Shown: piece after piece, positions 1 to 8,808 of the stretch
How positions within the stretch are numbered: position 1 is the first letter of the stretch
Layout of the letters: every line of letters starts with the position of its first letter
Made by a program: the position numbers and the translations under genes
Origin: an uncultured Eubacteriales bacterium
GTDB lineage: Bacteria; Bacillota; Clostridia; Oscillospirales; Acutalibacteraceae
Length of the DNA stretch: 32,000 bases
Direction of reading: 5' to 3'
Assembly (NCBI GenBank): GCA_934462705.1
Contig: CAKSIH010000003.1
Location: forward strand, 79,718-111,717
Notes under the pieces: generated by a model
Told to the model about the DNA's origin: nothing
What the model saw: the letters and a program-made list of their open reading frames with translations, nothing else
The model's database searches: none

Positions 1-714
1 ATCAAAAAAAGGGTTTCTTCTAACTGTAGACTCTTTTTGTGGACTTACTTTTTTTTCATTTATATTTTTACATAATTTTTCAAGTTCTCTAACAGAAAGC
101 ATCTTTTCTACAACAGTATTTGCAACTTTCTCTATCTCACTTTCATCCTTTAAGGAAAGCAAGGTTCTTGCATGCCCTGCCGTTAAATCGCCTTTTTCGA
201 TCATATCAATAACTTTTTTTGGTAACAATAAAATTCGCAAAGAATTTGTAACAACCGACCTGGACTTTCCTACAATCTTAGCAACCTGTTCCTGGGTATA
301 ATCATAAGTGTTAATTAAAGACTGATATCCCTCAGCCTCTTCTATCGGAGACAAATCCTCCCTTTGCAAATTTTCTATTAAAGCAATCTGCATAACCTCT
401 AAATCTGTTAATTTTTTTATTATTACAGGAACCTCAGTAAGCCCCGCCATTCTAGAAGCGCGCCAACGTCTTTCTCCTGCAACAATTTGATAACTTCCAC
501 ATGCAAGAGGCCTTACCAGCAAAGGCTGTAAAATACCATGCTGTGAAATTGAATCTGCAAGCTCAGAAAGAGCTTTTTCATCAAAATCACGTCTTGGTTG
601 ATTTCTATTGGGTTCTATTTCAGAAATTCTTAATTTTACAGCACTATTGTTTTCGGCATCATTTTCTATAAAAATTGCATCTAAACCCTTTCCTAAACCA
701 CTTAACTTAGCCAT
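1..714 (-). CDS. parB: ParB/Spo0J chromosome partitioning protein (C-terminal end runs off the left edge)
   Basis: Minus-strand open frame from ATG 714-712. Translation starts MAKLSGLGKGLDAIF and contains the ParB box IVAGERRWRAS and an HTH region. It starts 13 nt after the soj stop. It is absent from the ORF track because it has no stop in the window. Confidence 0.9.
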   Translation of the reverse strand, partial: MAKLSGLGKGLDAIFIENDAENNSAVKLRISEIEPNRNQPRRDFDEKALSELADSISQHGILQPLLVRPLACGSYQIVAGERRWRASRMAGLTEVPVIIKKLTDLEVMQIALIENLQREDLSPIEEAEGYQSLINTYDYTQEQVAKIVGKSRSVVTNSLRILLLPKKVIDMIEKGDLTAGHARTLLSLKDESEIEKVANTVVEKMLSVRELEKLCKNINEKKVSPQKESTVRRNPFFD

Positions 715-726
715 ACAACCACATCC

Positions 727-1488
727 TTATTTATTTTTTATTAATTCCCTTGCTAGGTCTATATAAGCCTTAGACCCTTTACAATTTTTATCAAAATAAA
801 TAACAGGTTTACCAAAACTTGGCGCCTCGCAAATTCTGACACCCCTAGGAATTGTAGTTTTAAAAATTTTGTTAGGAAAATGTTTTTTAAGCTCTTCTAC
901 GACCTGATGCGTCAATTTTAAACGACCATCAAACATAGTTAATAAAACGCCTTCAATATCTATATCAGGATTGTATAATCTTTTTACTCTTCTCACCGTA
1001 CTCATAAGTTGAGATAGGCCCTCTAAAGCATAATACTCACTTTGAATTGGTACTATTATCGAATTGCAAGCACAAAGAGCATTTGCCGTAACCAATCCAA
1101 GTGAAGGTGGACAATCAATTATTGCATAATCGTATTCATTGTAAATTGTTTTGATGGCCTCTTTTAAAATTGAGTCTCTATTTTCCATATCTGCAAGTTC
1201 AATTTCTGCTGCAGCTAAATCCATTGATGACGGTATAACATCCATTTTTTTAAATTCAGTCTTTATAATTACATTTTTAATTTCAGCTGTCTTGACTAGC
1301 ACGTCATATATAGATGATGGTATGTTTCTTTTGTCAATTCCCACCCCACTTGTGCTATTTCCTTGTGGGTCCACATCAATAAGCAATGTTTTTTTTCCTA
1401 AATTTCCTAAGGATGCGGCTAAATTTACCGCTGTAGTAGTTTTCCCTACACCCCCTTTTTGATTTGTTATTGCAATAATTTTCTTCAC
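727..1488 (-). CDS. soj: ParA/Soj partitioning ATPase
   Basis: 253-aa ORF with the deviant Walker A KGGVGKTT (MKKIIAITNQKGGVGKTTTAVNLA). It sits between the noc-like gene and parB. Confidence 0.95.
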   Translation of the reverse strand: MKKIIAITNQKGGVGKTTTAVNLAASLGNLGKKTLLIDVDPQGNSTSGVGIDKRNIPSSIYDVLVKTAEIKNVIIKTEFKKMDVIPSSMDLAAAEIELADMENRDSILKEAIKTIYNEYDYAIIDCPPSLGLVTANALCACNSIIVPIQSEYYALEGLSQLMSTVRRVKRLYNPDIDIEGVLLTMFDGRLKLTHQVVEELKKHFPNKIFKTTIPRGVRICEAPSFGKPVIYFDKNCKGSKAYIDLARELIKNK

Positions 1489-1569
1489 CGTACTCCCCCT
1501 TTATAGTTTATGTTAAAATTATACCATATATAATAATAAAATCAACATAAAATATAAAGACAAATTAAA

Positions 1570-1585
1570 TGTTTCACGTGAAACA
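1570..1585. promoter_or_regulatory. parS: parS centromere site, TGTTTCACGTGAAACA
   Basis: Perfect 16-bp palindrome matching the Bacillota parS consensus TGTTNCACGTGAAACA. The palindrome extends to 22 bp (1567-1588) and lies in the noc-soj spacer. Confidence 0.85.
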
Positions 1586-1644
1586 TTTAAAGGCCAACGC
1601 TCATCATATCAATAAGCACTGGCCTAATAATACAGTATTAAAAA

Positions 1645-2463
1645 TTACGCTGTATTTTTGTTTTTTGCTTTTGCTGATTTCGGAATAACAACCACATACT
1701 CAATATAATCATCAGTCTCCCTCTGAGATCTCTTCGCATCTATTCCTGAAAGTTTCATTGTATCAATAGCTTTATTAATAGTGTTCATAAAAATACGTAA
1801 ATCCTTTATAATAATCGTCCTTTGCGATTTCCCGGCTTTTTTCAACGTTTTATTGAGCATAGATTCTATTAAAAGTTCTGTTTTTTGCACATTTAATCCA
1901 TTAATAATAATTTTATTTAAAGCTATATCTCTTTGCAAGGGATCTTGTAAACGCAATAAGCTTCTTGCATGACGTTCAGTCAATCCTGCTTCTGTTATTT
2001 TTTCTCTTTCCTCTAAAGAAAGCTTTAAAAGTCTAAGTTTGTTTGCAATGGTTGATTGCTTTTTCCCTAATTTTTTTGCTGCCATCTCCTGAGTTAAATT
2101 AAAATTAGTGATAAGATTGTAAATTCCTTCTGCCTCTTCAAAAGGACCTAAATCTGCTCTTTGTAAATTTTCTAATAAAGCAAAAACAGCTGATTGTTCA
2201 TCATTGCAAGACAGAACAATGCATGGCACCATCTTTAAACCTGCTTTAATTGCTGCCCTAAGTCGTCTTTCCCCGGCAATTAATTCATAACGTGATGCCA
2301 ATATTTTTCTAACTGTTAGAGGTTGCAATATCCCGTTTTCCCTTATGCTTTCTGATAAACTTAAAATTTTATCTTCTAGAAAAACAGTCCTCGGTTGAGC
2401 TCTATTGGACTCTATTTGAACAACCGGTATAAATTTCACTTTTTCCGACGTTTGATTGAACAT
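1645..2463 (-). CDS. noc: Noc-like ParB-family protein (nucleoid occlusion protein homolog)
   Basis: Contains the ParB box LIAGERRLRAA and the motifs QSTIANKLRLLKL, ITERHAR and LNVQKTE. The order rsmG-noc-soj-parB matches Bacillus. The start is moved from the track value 2577 to ATG 2463, which lies 7 nt after AGGGGGA. The upstream codons look like AT-rich read-through. Confidence 0.85.
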   Translation of the reverse strand: MFNQTSEKVKFIPVVQIESNRAQPRTVFLEDKILSLSESIRENGILQPLTVRKILASRYELIAGERRLRAAIKAGLKMVPCIVLSCNDEQSAVFALLENLQRADLGPFEEAEGIYNLITNFNLTQEMAAKKLGKKQSTIANKLRLLKLSLEEREKITEAGLTERHARSLLRLQDPLQRDIALNKIIINGLNVQKTELLIESMLNKTLKKAGKSQRTIIIKDLRIFMNTINKAIDTMKLSGIDAKRSQRETDDYIEYVVVIPKSAKAKNKNTA

Positions 2464-2573
2464 AAACATTCCCCCTACTTGTCCTAACTTCAAAAAAATA
2501 ATATCACATAACTTTTGAAAATTATTAGAACTTTGTGTAAGCGAAAAATATATATTTATAATAAAAATTAAAC

Positions 2574-3287
2574 TCAAAGAGGTTTTTTTGAAATTTTAGC
2601 ACTTTGTCTGGGATAAGTCGACGGCGTATTATTTATTTTTCTTATTTTCACAATGCTTCTTTCACTGCCATCTTCTAAAATAAAATCGTCAACTTTCCCT
2701 AAAATCCCCCCTAATTTTTGAATTGCATTCAAAGACTCATTTACCTCAAATTCAACCTTTTTGCTTTTCATTGCAATAAAAAAACCATTTTTCTTTACAT
2801 AAGGCAAACATAATTCAGATAACACATTCAAGCTAGCCACTGCCCTCGATATAGCAAAATCGTATTTTTCCCTGTAAACATTATCATGCGCAAAATTTTC
2901 TGCTCTTGCATGGACCAAAGTCGCATCAATATTTAAATTTGTTAGTACATCCTCTAAAAATACCAGGCGTTTATTTAAGCTATCCATTAAAGTCAAATTT
3001 ATATCAGGACGTACAATTTTTAATGGAACACCCGGAAAACCAGCCCCTGTCCCTATATCAATAACTTTACAATTATCTGCAAAATTAATATGTTGCAGAA
3101 CACTAATACTATCAACAAAATGTTTTATAGCAATTTCCCTTGGTTCAATAATAGACGTTAAATTCATTTTTTTATTCCAAGATATAAGCAAATCTGCATA
3201 CTTACAAAACTGAAATATCATTTTTTCATTAAGCGGATATGATTGCTTTTCTAAAACATCAAAAATTATATTTTTTAAATTACTCAT
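2574..3287 (-). CDS. rsmG: 16S rRNA (guanine527-N7)-methyltransferase RsmG/GidB
   Basis: 237-aa ORF with the SAM-binding motif VIDIGTGAGFPGVPLKI, located immediately downstream of mnmG. Confidence 0.93.
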   Translation of the reverse strand: MSNLKNIIFDVLEKQSYPLNEKMIFQFCKYADLLISWNKKMNLTSIIEPREIAIKHFVDSISVLQHINFADNCKVIDIGTGAGFPGVPLKIVRPDINLTLMDSLNKRLVFLEDVLTNLNIDATLVHARAENFAHDNVYREKYDFAISRAVASLNVLSELCLPYVKKNGFFIAMKSKKVEFEVNESLNAIQKLGGILGKVDDFILEDGSERSIVKIRKINNTPSTYPRQSAKISKKPL

Positions 3288-3291
3288 ATTT

Positions 3292-5166
3292 TTATTTTCC
3301 TTTGCAATGTTTAGTAATCCAAATTAGTAAGACTGAAATATCTGCTGGACTAACGCCAGAAATTCTAGAAGCCTGAGAGATATTTTCAGGTTTTACCAGG
3401 TTTAATTTTTCTATTGCCTCTAATCTTAATCCTAAAATTGTACTATAATTAATATTACTTGGCAAAATTTTGTATTCCAGCCTTCTAAGTTCCTCTATTT
3501 GAGATAGCTGTTTTTTTATATAACCCTCATACTTTACCTCTATTTCAATCTGTTCTAAAATTTGTTCATTCAAATCAGGTCGACCCTCATCTATACTTTT
3601 TAAACATTCGTAATTTATTTGCGGCCTCTTTAGCAAATCTATTAATTTCACTCCAGACACTATTGGGGATGTTTCACGTGAAACAAGAATGTCATTAACC
3701 GCATCACTTGGGGAAATAACAGTGTTTTTTAGTCGTTTATATTCTGCTTTTTTTAACTCTTGTTTCTTTTGAAAAGAGAGCCATCTTTCATTATTTATCA
3801 ACCCAATTTTTCTTCCCACTGGAGTCAATCTTTCATCTGCATTATCTTGCCTTAAAATAAGCCTATATTCCGATCTTGATGTCATCATTCTATAAGGATC
3901 GCTAACCCCTTTTGTAACCAAATCGTCTATAAGAGTTCCAATATAAGAGCTCGCTCTATCTAGAGTAATTAAATTTTTGCATTGAGCTTTAAGCGCAGCA
4001 TTGATTCCGGCAATTATCCCCTGTGCCGCAGCCTCCTCATAACCAGAACTTCCATTAAACTGTCCAGCACCAAACAATCCTTGAAAATTTCTGAATTCTA
4101 AGTTTGAATTCATTTGTAGTGGATTAACACAGTCATATTCAATTGCGTAGGCAGGTCTCATAATTAAAGCTTTTTCTAAACCAGGTATAGAATGATAAAT
4201 TTCAAGTTGGACATCTTCAGGTAAAGATGATGACATTCCTTGAATATACATCTCGTCAGTGTTCATTCCGCAAGGCTCTACAAATAATTGGTGTCGCTCC
4301 TTGTCTGCAAATCGCATAATTTTGTCCTCTATACTAGGACAATATCTCGGACCTTTCCCCTCTATTTTACCAGAATAAAGAGGCGACCGGTGAATATTAC
4401 TTTTAATGATTTGCTTAGTCTTTTCATTTGTATATCCAATATAACAAAGAGCCTTATTTTCACCCAAATATTTGGTATCATAAGAAAAAGGAACTACCCT
4501 TTCATCTCCAGACTGCTCTTCAAGTTTAGAAAAATCAATGCTGGATTTTAGTACCCTTGCAGGAGTTCCTGTCTTAAACCTTCTCATTTCAAGGCCCAAT
4601 TTTTTTAAAGATTCTCCCAAAAAAGACGCAGGAAAAATTCCATCTGGCCCACTCTCATAAGAGACCTCTCCAACATAAATTTTGCTATTCAAATATGTAC
4701 CAGTAGCAACAACAACCGTTTTAGATTTAAAAATTGCATTTAGCCTTGTTTTAAGCAGCCACATCTCACCTTCATGTGTCAAGGCAACAATTTCAGCTTG
4801 TCTAAGATCCAAGTTTTTTTGCTTTTCCAACTTATGCTTCATTATACTTTTATATTTTTCCCGATCGATTTGTGCTCTTAAAGAATGTACTGCAGGGCCT
4901 TTACCCTTATTAAGCATTCTACTTTGCAAAAAACATTCATCTGCAGTTTTTCCCATTTCTCCACCAAGTGCATCTATCTCTCTAACTAAATGTCCTTTTG
5001 CAGTCCCTCCAATTGAAGGATTACAGGGGCAATTACCCACCGCATCCATATTTATAGTAAAAATTGCAGTGCGACAGCCCAATCTTGCTGCAGCCAAAGC
5101 AGCCTCTATTCCAGCATGTCCCGCACCAATAACAGAAACGTCATATTCGCCTGCATTATAAGTCAT
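3292..5166 (-). CDS. mnmG: tRNA uridine 5-carboxymethylaminomethyl modification enzyme MnmG/GidA
   Basis: Has the FAD-binding N-terminus YDVSVIGAGHAGIEAALAAAR and family motifs throughout. ATG 5166 is preferred because GGAGG lies 5 nt upstream. The track start 5178 abuts the mnmE stop. Confidence 0.95.
   Translation of the reverse strand: MTYNAGEYDVSVIGAGHAGIEAALAAARLGCRTAIFTINMDAVGNCPCNPSIGGTAKGHLVREIDALGGEMGKTADECFLQSRMLNKGKGPAVHSLRAQIDREKYKSIMKHKLEKQKNLDLRQAEIVALTHEGEMWLLKTRLNAIFKSKTVVVATGTYLNSKIYVGEVSYESGPDGIFPASFLGESLKKLGLEMRRFKTGTPARVLKSSIDFSKLEEQSGDERVVPFSYDTKYLGENKALCYIGYTNEKTKQIIKSNIHRSPLYSGKIEGKGPRYCPSIEDKIMRFADKERHQLFVEPCGMNTDEMYIQGMSSSLPEDVQLEIYHSIPGLEKALIMRPAYAIEYDCVNPLQMNSNLEFRNFQGLFGAGQFNGSSGYEEAAAQGIIAGINAALKAQCKNLITLDRASSYIGTLIDDLVTKGVSDPYRMMTSRSEYRLILRQDNADERLTPVGRKIGLINNERWLSFQKKQELKKAEYKRLKNTVISPSDAVNDILVSRETSPIVSGVKLIDLLKRPQINYECLKSIDEGRPDLNEQILEQIEIEVKYEGYIKKQLSQIEELRRLEYKILPSNINYSTILGLRLEAIEKLNLVKPENISQASRISGVSPADISVLLIWITKHCKGK
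3670..3685. promoter_or_regulatory. parS: second parS site, TGTTTCACGTGAAACA, inside mnmG
   Basis: Identical perfect 16-mer located within the mnmG reading frame, where it encodes V-S-R-E-T of ILVSRETSPIV. Confidence 0.8.
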
Positions 5167-5178
5167 AAAAACCTCCAT

Positions 5179-6546
5179 TTACTTTCCAACACAAAATTTT
5201 GAAAAAACCTCATTAACAACAACATCCGTCACACGTTCTCCTGTTAACTTCAAAAGTTCAGAAATAGCAAAATCAATAGAAACGCTAACAGCGTCAAGAG
5301 TCATCAAGTCATCTAAAGCCATAATTGCCTCAATTAGAGCTTCGTATGCCGATTGAACGAATCGCCTTTGTCTCTCTGTTGATAAAACGCCTTCTGTTGA
5401 TTCAGCCTTGGAAAAGTCCACACAATTAGATATAAATTGACTTAAATTTTCTATTCCGGATCCTTTTAAAGCTGACATAAAAATCACCTCATCTAAAAAA
5501 GGCCTAATTTTCTCATCTTCAAAATTACACACCAAATCAGACTTGTTTACAATACCTATTTTTATTGCATCTTTAGGAAAACTTCTCAATAATTCTAATT
5601 CGCCAACATCCAGCGGTTTAGAATAATCAAAAACTGTAATTATTAAATCGGCATTATCAATTTTTTTCTTTGCTTTTAAAACCCCAATTTTCTCGATTGG
5701 GTCATCCGTATCACGAATTCCGGCCGTGTCACACACATTAAGAATAACATCGCCAAGCACAATTTTTTCTTCAATTGTGTCCCTAGTTGTACCAGGAATA
5801 TCCGTAACGATACATCTCTCACAACCAGATAGCAAATTCATAAGAGTAGACTTACCAACATTAGGCCTACCAACAATAACTGTATCAAGCCCCTCTCTCA
5901 AAACTTTGCCAGAATCATATCCATCAAGCAAATTTTTTATTTCATTTACAGAAATAGATAATCTATTTTTCAGCGAATCAACTTTCAGCTGAGGGATATC
6001 CTCTTCAGGGTAGTCAGCCCACACAGCAAGATGAGCTGCTATTTCCACAAGGGAATTTTTAACAGTTGTTATTTTTTTATAAAGAGCTCCCTCATGCGCT
6101 GCAGCAGCCAATTTGGCAGCATGTCTTCCGTTAGCTGAAATAATATCCATGACAGATTCTGCTTGTGTTAAATCTATTTTTCCATTTAAAAAAGCTCGTT
6201 TTGTAAACTCGCCGGGTTCAGCTGGTACAGCACCTGCCTTAAAAATCAACCCTAAAATCATTTTTAATATGAACAACCCACCATGACACGTCACTTCAAC
6301 TACATTTTCGCCAGTATAACTGTGCGGGTTTCTAAAAATCAACGCGACTGCATCATCAATTACGTTGCCAGACTCGTCCATAACTTTGCCATACTTAGCG
6401 GTATATCCCGGAACTTCAGCTAGTGACACTCCAGAAACTGGTTTAAAAACCTTGTTCACAATGTCAATTGCATCTTCGCCAGATACCCGTATCATTCCAA
6501 CGCCACCTTGACCCAGTGGCGTTGCTATTGCTGCAATTGTACTCAT
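5179..6546 (-). CDS. mnmE: tRNA modification GTPase MnmE/TrmE
   Basis: G-domain motifs GRPNVGKSTLMN and DTAG and the C-terminal FCVGK. The RBS AAGGAGG lies 5 nt before the ATG. Confidence 0.95.
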   Translation of the reverse strand: MSTIAAIATPLGQGGVGMIRVSGEDAIDIVNKVFKPVSGVSLAEVPGYTAKYGKVMDESGNVIDDAVALIFRNPHSYTGENVVEVTCHGGLFILKMILGLIFKAGAVPAEPGEFTKRAFLNGKIDLTQAESVMDIISANGRHAAKLAAAAHEGALYKKITTVKNSLVEIAAHLAVWADYPEEDIPQLKVDSLKNRLSISVNEIKNLLDGYDSGKVLREGLDTVIVGRPNVGKSTLMNLLSGCERCIVTDIPGTTRDTIEEKIVLGDVILNVCDTAGIRDTDDPIEKIGVLKAKKKIDNADLIITVFDYSKPLDVGELELLRSFPKDAIKIGIVNKSDLVCNFEDEKIRPFLDEVIFMSALKGSGIENLSQFISNCVDFSKAESTEGVLSTERQRRFVQSAYEALIEAIMALDDLMTLDAVSVSIDFAISELLKLTGERVTDVVVNEVFSKFCVGK

Positions 6547-6559
6547 TTTTGCCTCCTTG

Positions 6560-6591
6560 TTTTCAACAAAAAATTAAAAATCGGTTGAAAA
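6560..6591. repeat. inverted repeat TTTTCAAC-N16-GTTGAAAA in the jag-mnmE spacer
   Basis: Perfect 8-bp arms at 6560-6567 and 6584-6591 with a 16-nt AT-rich spacer. The same architecture recurs at 19670-19705. Confidence 0.6.
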
Positions 6592-6623
6592 ATTTAAAAG
6601 GTGACTCATTGCTGAATCACCTT
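6585..6623 (-). terminator. probable intrinsic terminator after jag
   Basis: Hairpin AAGGTGA..TCACCTT (6598-6623, with inner pairs), followed on the minus-sense RNA by a U-rich run (UUAAAUUUUUC). Confidence 0.4.
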
Positions 6624-6652
6624 AAACAACCAATCATAGTATAAAAATTAAA

Positions 6653-7357
6653 TTAATTACATCTTTCATAAAGAGAAATTTTATTTTCTTCAAAGCAATT
6701 ATCTCTATTATTAAGGTTAACAGCACGTTTTTTCAAAATCGGTGCAATAATCACATGGCGGTTCAAATCCTCGCCCTCAGAATAAGATTCAACACCTAAA
6801 ACTTGACTCACAGCTGCGTGAATTACCTTTCTTTCATAGGGCGTCATTGGTTCTAAAACAACTTTTTCCTTGTTTTTTAAAGCCTTAAAAGCAAGTTTTC
6901 TGCCTAAAATTTCCAAGGTTTCCCTGCGTCTCTCCCTGTAATCTTCAATATTTATGGTAATTCTGTAGTAATTTTCGCACACACTGTTTGCAACCAGGCA
7001 GGTCAAATACTGTATGGAGTCGAGAGTATCGCCGCGCCGGCCAATCGCCCGATTTGCATTTCCACCCTTGACTAAAAGTTCTGAACCATTATCTTTTTTG
7101 TTAATCGATATATCAAAATTCTTAGCACCAAAAGCGGTCAAAACAGTTCTTAAATAATCCGCTGCCAGCTCTGCCGGATCTACGTACAACAAAGCCCGAA
7201 CTTTAGCTAACCTGCCGCCAAAAATACCTAAAATTTTTCTTTTTGGCAATTGAATTACTTCAAAAGATACTTCACCATCGCTTACACCGAGTATTTCGCA
7301 GGCTTTTTTTTGCGCTAAATTTATTGTATCCCCTACTCCTATTGCTTCCCTTGTCAA
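6653..7357 (-). CDS. jag: Jag/KhpB RNA-binding protein (Jag_N, KH, R3H)
   Basis: The N-terminus has the Jag_N pattern (GDTINLAQKKACEILGV). The C-terminus is R3H-like (MTPYERKVIHAAV). The gene lies downstream of yidC. The track GTG at 7366 overlaps its own GGAGG, so TTG 7357 (8 nt after GGAGG) is preferred. The start remains uncertain. Confidence 0.88.
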   Translation of the reverse strand: MTREAIGVGDTINLAQKKACEILGVSDGEVSFEVIQLPKRKILGIFGGRLAKVRALLYVDPAELAADYLRTVLTAFGAKNFDISINKKDNGSELLVKGGNANRAIGRRGDTLDSIQYLTCLVANSVCENYYRITINIEDYRERRRETLEILGRKLAFKALKNKEKVVLEPMTPYERKVIHAAVSQVLGVESYSEGEDLNRHVIIAPILKKRAVNLNNRDNCFEENKISLYERCN

Positions 7358-7398
7358 AAATGACACCTCCGCTTACTGCTAAAATTTAACAACAATTT

Positions 7399-8328
7399 CT
7401 ATATCCTTTTTACTTTAGATTCTTCAATTTCCCTCAAAGCAATTCTTGCTGCTTCTTCCTTTGTATTTATCATGCTAGGGCTGAAAAATTTTGCTATTAT
7501 TACATTTTGCACAACAGATAAAATATTTGATACTAAATAATAAAGCCCTAGCGCAACCGGCGCGTAGAAAACGAATAAAACAAATGGGATTGACATTATG
7601 TATGGAGTCAGTTTCACGCAGCCCTGCTGTGGTATATCAGTTCCTTGTCCCATTTTAGTTCCCAAATGCACAGATAGTATCATTGTCGCCGCACAAAGAA
7701 CCGGCCAAATCCATACCATGGAACTAAATCCACTATTTGCCGGAATCGCAAATAAATCTGTTCCTAAAAATTTAAAACCCGTATTAAAATCCAAAATATT
7801 ACTAATTTCCTGATCACTGAACATTGTAAGTTTATCGCTAACAGACGGGAAAAGTTTTATAACTTCAAGTTGAGCATACTGGGCATTAAATGTCCTGCTG
7901 ATTCCCGGAATTGACGATAAATATTCTATAGCAGAATTAACTTTATCTGCAGATATATGGAACATATTGGTAAGAGGTTTTACAATAGCAGTCCAAACTC
8001 CAAAAAAAGCAAACATTGGAAATAACATTGGCATGCAACCCTTCATAGGGCTCGCACCCTCTTCTTGATACAACTTAGCCAGTTCCTCATTCATTTTTTG
8101 CTTGTTGTTAGCATATTTTTTTTGTATTTCCCGCGTTTTCGCTGAAAACCTCGATGTTTTTGCATTTGCCTTTCGAGACTTTAAGTCAAAAGGGAAAACC
8201 AATACCTTGATTATAATTGTAAAAAGAACTATTGCTATGGCATAATTGTTAAACAAGTCAAAGAAAAACCAAAGCAAATATCCAAAAACTTGACCTAGGG
8301 TATCCCCTACAACATTTAAAATATTCAT
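7399..8328 (-). CDS. yidC: YidC/OxaA membrane protein insertase
   Basis: Multi-TM protein with a conserved region of typical YidC hydrophobic core (KYANNKQKMNEELAKLYQEEGASPMKGCMPML). ATG 8328 has GGAGGA 10 nt upstream. The track GTG at 8358 has no RBS. Confidence 0.9.
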   Translation of the reverse strand: MNILNVVGDTLGQVFGYLLWFFFDLFNNYAIAIVLFTIIIKVLVFPFDLKSRKANAKTSRFSAKTREIQKKYANNKQKMNEELAKLYQEEGASPMKGCMPMLFPMFAFFGVWTAIVKPLTNMFHISADKVNSAIEYLSSIPGISRTFNAQYAQLEVIKLFPSVSDKLTMFSDQEISNILDFNTGFKFLGTDLFAIPANSGFSSMVWIWPVLCAATMILSVHLGTKMGQGTDIPQQGCVKLTPYIMSIPFVLFVFYAPVALGLYYLVSNILSVVQNVIIAKFFSPSMINTKEEAARIALREIEESKVKRI

Positions 8329-8398
8329 AAATTTTTTATCCTCCAAAACTGCATACACAAGTCAATTGTTTTCTTTGCAAATTGCCTCTGGTCTGTCT

Positions 8399-8494
8399 GG
8401 CCCGCCCGCAAGGCCCCCACAAGGCTTTCAGCCTTGTGGGAAGAGTGGCAAAGCCTCTCTTCGAGAGCATAGCCCTCGGCCTTGCGGCCGGGCC
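8399..8494. other. GC-rich multi-stem structured element in the yidD-yidC spacer
   Basis: An outer 17-bp stem pairs 8399-8415 with 8478-8494 (one C-C mismatch). It encloses a perfect 11-bp hairpin (8416-8426 with 8430-8440, 3-nt loop) and a second short hairpin (8455-8459 with 8463-8467). Local GC is far above the AT-rich surroundings. Confidence 0.45.
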
Positions 8495-8561
8495 CATAGC
8501 AAAAACTGATATTAACAGAAAAAACAAAACCTTGGCATCAAAGCGTAAAAGCAAAGAAACT

Positions 8562-8786
8562 TTAAAAATTCTTTTTTTTAGGAACAGGATCATACCCACC
8601 GGGAAAGAGTGGGTTGCATCTCAAAATTCTAAAAGCCGAAAGAGCCAAGCCTTTAACAGCGCCAAATTTACTAATAGCCTCAATAGCATAACAAGAGCAA
8701 GTGGGAAAGAATCGGCACCGAGGAGGAGTTTTAGAGGAGATTTTAAATTGATAAAGCTTAATTAGGCGAATAAGAAAAGCACTCAA
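8562..8786 (-). CDS. yidD: membrane protein insertion efficiency factor YidD
   Basis: 74-aa ORF with the YidD signature [17 protein letters not shown] and RILRCNP. TTG start, located between rnpA and yidC. Confidence 0.9.
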   Translation of the reverse strand: MSAFLIRLIKLYQFKISSKTPPRCRFFPTCSCYAIEAISKFGAVKGLALSAFRILRCNPLFPGGYDPVPKKKNF

Positions 8787-8808
8787 AGTGCAGTCACCCC
8801 CTCCAAAA

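Noticed and set aside
2464-2577. N-terminal extensions given by the longest-ORF rule (noc 2464-2577, also rpe 19694-19738, XRE 20830-20970, rplM 21113-21163, fba 27505-27513, yidC 8329-8358, mnmG 5167-5178)
   Set aside because: The extensions are AT-rich and non-conserved-looking and lack Shine-Dalgarno sequences. The internal starts are preceded by GGAGG-type RBSs and give canonical family N-termini.
8336-8765. ORFs 8336-8599 (minus) and 8382-8765 (plus) spanning the yidD-yidC spacer
   Set aside because: They overlap yidD and yidC, have no RBS, and are Arg/Pro/Gly/Ala-rich simply because they read through the GC-rich palindromic block.
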